A stretch of 64,000 bases of DNA from Candidatus Poribacteria bacterium (GTDB taxonomy: Bacteria > Poribacteria > WGA-4E > UBA9662): assembly GCA_036339735.1 (NCBI GenBank), contig JAYZAL010000087.1, positions 11,820-75,819 of the forward strand. Direction: 5' to 3'. Made by a program: the position numbers and the translations under genes. Positions 58,468-64,000 of the stretch are shown here, one piece after another; position 1 is the stretch's first letter, and every line of letters begins with the position of its first letter. The notes under the pieces were generated by a model. That model saw nothing but the letters and a program-made list of their open reading frames with translations. It ran no database searches and was not told the DNA's origin.

Positions 58468-58517
58468 TTAAGAGCTATTGCACTTATTACTATTAAGACA
58501 CAGAAAACAGGAACCAC

Positions 58518-59612
58518 ATGACCAGAAAAAGACGTTCATTCTCAGTTGTTGTGATGATCTTAGTTTGTTCTCTGATTCTGCACTTTGGTTGTGGCGAGTC
58601 AGTAGACGAAACATCAGACGTTACTGCTGATGACCAAACCCAACCGATGGGTAGTATCAAGGGTAACATTCAACCATCTGGAATAGAAGCCAAACTAGAG
58701 CTGATAAAAAACGGCCAAATAGTAAGATCAAGCGATACTGACAAAGCCGGCCAGTTTGTCTTTGCCGACTTAGAGTTTGGAACCTACCAGATTAGAGTCA
58801 TCAGTGATGGTTATCAAACAGAGGAAAAAGTGGTTCCAGCTGAGTTACAGCAAACTGAACTCGTCATGGAACTGAAATTGAAACCACTACCGGCTCAGTT
58901 GAGTGGTATTGTCATTGACTCAGAAGGTGAATTCATTTCAGGAGCGACAGTAACACTTGGTGGTCAGACTCAAACAACTAACGACTTGGGTGTCTTCCGG
59001 TTCGATAAACTAGAAGCTGGTACCGAACTAGAAATAACTGTTGTTGCCGAATCAATGCTACCGAGAACCGTCGAAGTTGGCCCCATTGCTAGAGGTGAAT
59101 CGAGCAAAATTCAGGTGGAACTAGAACCAGAAGTGATCGAAGAAGATGATGGCGCTGAAGTTGGGGATATGGCCCCCATATTTTCTCTGCTAGACACAAG
59201 TAATCAGAAAGTGTCACTATCAGATTATGCTGGGAAAAAGAACATCTTGCTAACCTTTAGTCGGGGTAAGTTGTGACCGGTTTGTGCACCGCAACTGGTT
59301 CAGTTGCTAAAACCCAACTACAAGCAAATTGCTAATTTAGACACTGAAGTGATTGCCATAAGTCCTTGGTCAGTAGCAGAAAATAAGGCCTTCAGGCAAC
59401 AACATAAACTGCCATTCCCCTACCTGGCTGATCTTGGAGCTGACGTTATCCGTCAATACGACGTGTTGGACTTTCAGCCATTGCCAAAAGTATCTTTCTT
59501 TCTGATAGATAAAGCTGGGAAAATTCATTGGAGATCCACTCATAGTGGTGGCGACCCAAATGACCTACCCCAGATTGATGAACTGCTAGAGGGTCTCAAA
59601 AAAATACAATAA
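58518..59612 (+). CDS. Lipoprotein with two carboxypeptidase-regulatory-like domains and an AhpC/TSA (Prx-like) domain, probable selenoprotein (TGA 59274-59276 read as Sec253, UPVC)
   Basis: HFGC lipobox; VGDMAPIFSL...LLTFSRGKL*PVCAPQL continues in frame into 59304..59612 (VIAISP, LPFPYLAD, FLIDKAGKI). Confidence 0.88.
59291..59307 (+). promoter_or_regulatory. Candidate bacterial SECIS hairpin
   Basis: GCAACTG-GTT-CAGTTGC, perfect 7-bp stem at +15..+31 after the TGA. Confidence 0.7.
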
Positions 59613-59622
59613 TGAGTGACTG

Positions 59623-60171
59623 ATGTTTAGAACAATCACTGTTTTTTTCAGTTTTTGTACTCTCGTGAGCCTGGCAATCGCTTTGGTAACTAGTTGCGGA
59701 GATGTGTCCGATGATCCGGCAGATCAAACCTCCGAGCAAGAAGTAGTATCCACCGAATGGGCCAAGAGTGCCCCTGATTTTAAATTATTGAGTACTCAAC
59801 TAGAGCAAGTTACCTTGTCTAGCTTTAAAGGTAAAGTCGTACTACTCGACTTTTGGGCAACTTGGTGTCAACCCTGTCAAGTGGAAATGCCGATATTTGA
59901 ACAGCTACACCACCAATATGAAAACAAAGGATTCAGTGTAGTTGGTATTTCAGTTGATCGAGAAAAATTGACGGTAGTAGAGCCGTTTGTTGAAAATCTA
60001 GGTATTGGTTATCCGATCTTGTTTGCTGATGAAAAGGTCTTTCGAGAGTACGCTATCATGGCCTTGCCAACCGCAGTCCTGATCGATCGGCAAGGCAAAA
60101 TCCGCCATCGTTTTGAAGGCGCTACTGGTAGTAAAGAAAGCTATGTCGAGTTGATAGAAAAATGGCTCTAA
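59623..60171 (+). CDS. TlpA/ResA-family thiol-disulfide oxidoreductase lipoprotein
   Basis: VTSC lipobox, APDFKL, LDFWATWCQPC, LPTAVLIDRQG. Confidence 0.9.
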   Translation: MFRTITVFFSFCTLVSLAIALVTSCGDVSDDPADQTSEQEVVSTEWAKSAPDFKLLSTQLEQVTLSSFKGKVVLLDFWATWCQPCQVEMPIFEQLHHQYENKGFSVVGISVDREKLTVVEPFVENLGIGYPILFADEKVFREYAIMALPTAVLIDRQGKIRHRFEGATGSKESYVELIEKWL

Positions 60172-60410
60172 CCCGGCTTGGACTTACGGCGTGCTTACTA
60201 CTTCTGGTATCGTGTCTACTAAGCGGCTGTTTATGGCAAATTATTGATCAGTCTGAATTGCAAATAAACTTTACTTCTGAGCCACCAATTTTGTCGTCTT
60301 CACCGACATGGGCAGAATTTGAGCAACTGCAAAACGATAGTACTGAATCAGATTTTTCTTCTAGCAAGGCCAGTAGTGTTTGTGCGAATGGTATTTGTAC
60401 GATCTATTAG
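60162..60410 (+). CDS. Small lipoprotein with C-terminal CANGIC Cys pair
   Basis: LSGC lipobox, Ser/acidic linker, ends VCANGICTIY; overlaps both neighbours. Confidence 0.65.
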   Translation: MALTRLGLTACLLLLVSCLLSGCLWQIIDQSELQINFTSEPPILSSSPTWAEFEQLQNDSTESDFSSSKASSVCANGICTIY

Positions 60411-61560
60411 TTCTATCAGTTCCCTTGGTCGTGTCGTACGAAGCTCAATACAACTCATCGTCTTACTATGTATTTGCCGGCCCAGTCATGGTGAGCTGAC
60501 TTATCGGATTCAAGATAGTCTAGGCTATGATGATCATATAGAGTTTGGCCTTAGCGTGGATCCTGATACCAGCCCGTTGGCTGGGCGCCAAGATTCTCAA
60601 TTGTCGGGCTTCCTGAACCAACTACAATCTGAAGCCAAATGGGTTTACCAACCAGTCAAGGTTTTGAAATCCGAACTAAATCTGAGCGGACAACGCTATC
60701 ATTACTTAGAAATAGAACAAAGCTCGTCGGATCAAAAAAATGAAGCCGGTTTAACCGCCTTCAATGGCTATGCATATCAGCTTTCAGGCCGGACTAACTA
60801 TCAGTTTTCAAACCGTTTACCATCCCTAAGGCTGGGCTATCAGTTGCAACGCCAAAACCGAGTAGATGCAGCATACAATCAACGTTGGCAGGGTGTAGAA
60901 CTGAGTTGGGGACGGATTGTAAGTTATCGCTATAAAAGCAATTGGTTCGATGATGAAACTACTAAAAGAAAAGACTTTCAGTTAGTTGGTTCACAAATGC
61001 ACCAGCTAGAATGTGGGCTGAAATTAAACCTTTGGTTTAAAAAACCAGCACAACTCACCTATCTCTTGACACTGCGACACTACCAGTCCAACTTGAGCGA
61101 TCTGATTTGGTTCGCAACGGGTTTGAGCCAAGTTGATAGGCGCTTCGATCGCTTACATCAGTTAACGTGGCGCCAGCCTTGGCAACTAAACGATCGTTTG
61201 ATCCTTCAGACGGAAGCGCTTTACCAGAGAAATCAAGGCAACTTATCGTTCTATCACTTTTCTGCTGGCCAAACCAATTTGCTAGCTTTCTACCTTTGGC
61301 AACCGGGAAGATCGATTCAGTTAACCACTGGAGGCCGATGGTTAACTCAGACTGGTAGAAAGGTCGAGAATGAGGAAGGTATTCGCAGAGACTTTCAATG
61401 GCAAATTGAAGCAGAATTGCGCTGGCGATTGAGCCAGAAATTCTCACTGATAGCAGACTACCGTTGGTTACAAAACCAAACGAACGAAACTGCTCAACGC
61501 CTGTCGTTTCTGAATTACGTCCATAATCAATTGCAGTTAGCAATTGTACTGACCAACTGA
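60388..61560 (+). CDS. Putative outer-membrane beta-barrel protein
   Basis: Signal-like N-terminus from ATG 60388; many alternating aromatic/polar strands (QDSLGYDD, LRLGYQLQR, LIADYRW, HNQLQLAIV). Confidence 0.55.
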   Translation: MVFVRSISSISSLGRVVRSSIQLIVLLCICRPSHGELTYRIQDSLGYDDHIEFGLSVDPDTSPLAGRQDSQLSGFLNQLQSEAKWVYQPVKVLKSELNLSGQRYHYLEIEQSSSDQKNEAGLTAFNGYAYQLSGRTNYQFSNRLPSLRLGYQLQRQNRVDAAYNQRWQGVELSWGRIVSYRYKSNWFDDETTKRKDFQLVGSQMHQLECGLKLNLWFKKPAQLTYLLTLRHYQSNLSDLIWFATGLSQVDRRFDRLHQLTWRQPWQLNDRLILQTEALYQRNQGNLSFYHFSAGQTNLLAFYLWQPGRSIQLTTGGRWLTQTGRKVENEEGIRRDFQWQIEAELRWRLSQKFSLIADYRWLQNQTNETAQRLSFLNYVHNQLQLAIVLTN

Positions 61561-61588
61561 TATGATAGCAATACAATTATTGTTTTAG

Positions 61589-61999
61589 ATGGTTAAGCAA
61601 ATCGACCTTACTTTGCCGCCGTTTCGACGAGGTTTCCACCTCATCACGTCCGAGATTATTGACGCAATTGGTAAATTACCTGCGGCTGGCTTGATGAACA
61701 TATTTCTTCAACATACCTCAGCAGGAATTACGATCAACGAAAATGCGGATCCCACAGTTCGCCAGGACTTTGAAAGCAGTTTCAATTACCTGATTGCAGA
61801 AAATGAACCATTTTATGTTCACACCTACGAGGGGCCCGATGACATGCCTGCTCACATTAAATCGGCTTTGGTTGGCTGTTCTGTGACCATTCCAATTACG
61901 TCTCACCGGCTCAATTTGGGCGTGTGGCAAGGCATATACCTCTGTGAATTTCGAAATCAGGCCAGTGGTCGGCACCTGATAATAACTATTTACAGTTAG
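61589..61999 (+). CDS. yjbQ: YjbQ/UPF0047 family protein
   Basis: RGFHLIT, HTSAGITINENADP, DDMPAHIK, LGVWQGIYLCEFR. Confidence 0.92.
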   Translation: MVKQIDLTLPPFRRGFHLITSEIIDAIGKLPAAGLMNIFLQHTSAGITINENADPTVRQDFESSFNYLIAENEPFYVHTYEGPDDMPAHIKSALVGCSVTIPITSHRLNLGVWQGIYLCEFRNQASGRHLIITIYS

Positions 62000-62012
62000 A
62001 TCATGAGGACGC

Positions 62013-62072
62013 TATTTTAGAAGTAAAATTACTTCTAAAATATTGGTCGGCGAACCACAGGTGTGTTATAAT
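62013..62072 (+). promoter_or_regulatory. 14-bp inverted repeat next to an extended -10 promoter for moaA
   Basis: TATTTTAGAAGTAA-AA-TTACTTCTAAAATA (62013-62042); TGtTATAAT at 62064-62072. Confidence 0.5.
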
Positions 62073-62105
62073 TATGGGCCTGAAAGACAGATCTGGACGG
62101 AGTGA

Positions 62106-63098
62106 ATGTCTCAGCTAGTTGATCAGTACCACCGAATAGCCACGAATCTTAGGGTTTCAGTGACTGACGTCTGCAATTTGCGTTGCCTCTACTGTATGCC
62201 GGAAGAGATGGATTTTGCTGAGACTGACCAGATCATGACTTTTGAGGAAATCATCCGGTTAGTCAGCATCTCGGTAGGTCTAGGTGTTGACAAAGTCCGC
62301 CTAACTGGTGGGGAACCACTGGTGCGTCGCGGTTTGGCTAGCCTAATTGAACAGTTATTTGCAGTTCCTGGCCTGTCCGACATTAGCCTGACAACCAACG
62401 GTGTTAGTCTGGAACGCCAAGCTCAAACACTTTACGATGCCGGATTAAGACGAATCAATGTCAGCTTAGACGCACTTAGCGAAAGCAAATTCGCCGAGAT
62501 AACTCGACGTAGTTTGCTGGACAAGGTACTAGCCGGTCTGGAGAAAGCCCGACACATAGGATTTGATCCCATCAAGATCAATGCGGTTCCGATGCGAGGT
62601 TTTTCTGAAGATGAAGTACTAGAGTTGGTAAGTTTTGCGCGAAACAATAGCTATGAAATGAGATTCATCGAATTTATGCCACTGGACGCAGACAATATTT
62701 GGGCCAAAGACATATTCGTACCTAACTCAGAGTTGAAGGAGCGAATTAACCAAACATTCCCACTGAAAATTGAGAATGGAAATGGGCGGAGTTTACACCA
62801 GACAGCACAGAATTACCACTTCCAAGACGGAAAAGGAAAAGTTGGTTTCATCTCTTCAGTCTCTGAACCTTTTTGTGGCGATTGTAATCGAGTACGGTTG
62901 ACAGCAGACGGTAAGTTTAGGAATTGCCTATTTGCACTAGAAGAAAAAGATATCCTCACCCCACTTCGTAACGGAGCCACCGATCAACATATCGAAAAAA
63001 TGATGAAAGAATCCGTGGCGAGTAAGGCCATTGGACATATGATTAACTCAAACCAATACACCAAACCAGATCGTAATATGTCAATGATCGGCGGTTGA
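62106..63098 (+). CDS. moaA: GTP 3',8-cyclase (molybdenum cofactor biosynthesis)
   Basis: LRVSVTDVCNLRCLYCMP, LTGGEP, RFIEFMP, FCGDCNRVRLTADG, ends MIGG. Confidence 0.96.
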   Translation: MSQLVDQYHRIATNLRVSVTDVCNLRCLYCMPEEMDFAETDQIMTFEEIIRLVSISVGLGVDKVRLTGGEPLVRRGLASLIEQLFAVPGLSDISLTTNGVSLERQAQTLYDAGLRRINVSLDALSESKFAEITRRSLLDKVLAGLEKARHIGFDPIKINAVPMRGFSEDEVLELVSFARNNSYEMRFIEFMPLDADNIWAKDIFVPNSELKERINQTFPLKIENGNGRSLHQTAQNYHFQDGKGKVGFISSVSEPFCGDCNRVRLTADGKFRNCLFALEEKDILTPLRNGATDQHIEKMMKESVASKAIGHMINSNQYTKPDRNMSMIGG

Positions 63099-63154
63099 TC
63101 CCTATCAACTAGCTTCAAAAATAGAATAACAACGAAAAAGTTAGAAGGAAACTA

Positions 63155-63967
63155 ATGCAACATCAACTCGTCATCGACGATCTACATGCCCGCGTTGATG
63201 GGCAAGAGATTTTGAAAGGACTGAGCCTAACCATTCGCCCGGGTGAAATCCACGCTATGATGGGCCCAAATGGCTCAGGAAAAAGCACTTTAGCCAACAC
63301 CCTGATGGGACACCCAAGTTATGAAATAACAAGTGGGACAGTCACCTTTAGTGGCCAAGATTTGGCGGAACTGGAAGCAAATGAGCGTGCAAAACTAGGT
63401 CTGTTTTTAGCATTTCAGTACCCAACAGCTATCCCTGGTGTCACGATGGCTAATTTTCTGCGTTTAGCCGTCAGCTCGGTTCGTGACGATGGCACCTCAG
63501 AGTCTGCTACTACACCTCTCATTCCGATGCGAGACTTTCGCCGAGAGCTAAAAGAGAAAATGAAGAAATTGGGTATTGACGAGTCTTTTGCCCGCAGATA
63601 TCTGAATGATGGTTTTTCAGGGGGTGAAAAAAAACGGGCAGAAATTTTGCAACTGGCAATGCTGGAACCCAAAATAGCGATCCTAGATGAAACCGATTCA
63701 GGATTGGATATTGATGCAGTCCGAATAGTTGGTGATAGCGTTAATCAGTTGATCGGACCAGATTTAGGTGTTTTAGTCATCACTCATTATCCACGTCTTC
63801 TGAACCACATCAAACCTGACCATGTACACATCATTCTGAATGGGAGGGTGGTGGAGTCTGGTGGTTGGGAGCTAGCGGAGTACCTAGAAGCAGAGGGATA
63901 CGACGCTATCCGCGAAAAACATCAATCTGCCAATGCAGAAGACTTGGCCTCAAATGGTCAACAATAG
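63155..63967 (+). CDS. sufC: Fe-S cluster assembly ATPase
   Basis: MGPNGSGKST, FLAFQYP, GFSGGEKKR, LDETDSGLDIDA, ITHYPRLL. Confidence 0.95.
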   Translation: MQHQLVIDDLHARVDGQEILKGLSLTIRPGEIHAMMGPNGSGKSTLANTLMGHPSYEITSGTVTFSGQDLAELEANERAKLGLFLAFQYPTAIPGVTMANFLRLAVSSVRDDGTSESATTPLIPMRDFRRELKEKMKKLGIDESFARRYLNDGFSGGEKKRAEILQLAMLEPKIAILDETDSGLDIDAVRIVGDSVNQLIGPDLGVLVITHYPRLLNHIKPDHVHIILNGRVVESGGWELAEYLEAEGYDAIREKHQSANAEDLASNGQQ

Positions 63968-63983
63968 TAAGGAGTAATTTACA

Positions 63984-64000
63984 GTGTCAATTAACAAAGC
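63984..64000 (+). CDS. Start of the next gene, sufB expected from gene order, truncated
   Basis: AAGGAG RBS then GTG TCA ATT AAC AAA; identity is from context only. Confidence 0.35.

Noticed and set aside
13977-59276. Genome-wide UGA reassignment to Trp or Gly as the cause of read-through
   Set aside because: TGA ends genes at their expected C-termini (moaA MIGG-TGA, urtE, alr, hisI), Trp uses TGG, and both read-through sites align with Cys.
216-63672. The many short antisense or nested ORFs in the track (for example 4152..4631, 25950..26339, 33226..33627, 61055..61576)
   Set aside because: They are shadows of well-supported genes and have no motifs of their own.
1-64000. tRNA-Sec, selA, selB, selD, other tRNA or rRNA genes
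   Set aside because: None recognised in the window, so the selenoprotein calls depend on machinery encoded elsewhere.

Overview
64 kb of an AT-rich bacterial chromosome; the gene content (two PhyH dioxygenases, a Gfo/Idh/MocA oxidoreductase, a CehA/McbA hydrolase, secreted proteins with YPNP C-terminal domains) suggests a marine Poribacteria-like organism, which is inference only. Left: a minus-strand run of PhyH, mnmG, rsmG, STAS protein, sensor kinase, REC-PP2C, RsbW-like kinase, a degenerate AccD-like gene and a ROK kinase. Middle: two accessory modules, a sigma54- and ANTAR-controlled urea/amide ABC transporter with formamidase (19.3-27.3 kb) and a zinc-starvation island (27.7-36.9 kb) with duplicated zur, Zur boxes, hisI, a Zn ABC transporter and two COG0523 GTPases. 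Right: a 3897-aa repetitive secreted protein, hydrolases, a thiol-redox lipoprotein operon, yjbQ, moaA and sufC. Main hidden signals: (1) two genes that the ORF track splits at an in-frame TGA exactly where the family has a conserved Cys (rhodanese-MoeB at 13977; Prx-like lipoprotein UPVC at 59274), each followed by a SECIS-like hairpin of the same geometry, so probable selenoproteins; (2) the second heads an operon of three Cys/Sec lipoproteins plus a putative beta-barrel; (3) a Zur-box-controlled mini-lipoprotein that is almost all Asp and His; (4) an unannotated 42-aa membrane gene coupled by ATGA overlaps at both ends; (5) a complete ANTAR two-hairpin/terminator leader. No rRNA, tRNA, CRISPR array or intact mobile element was seen. 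All calls are from motif recognition by eye, with no database searches.
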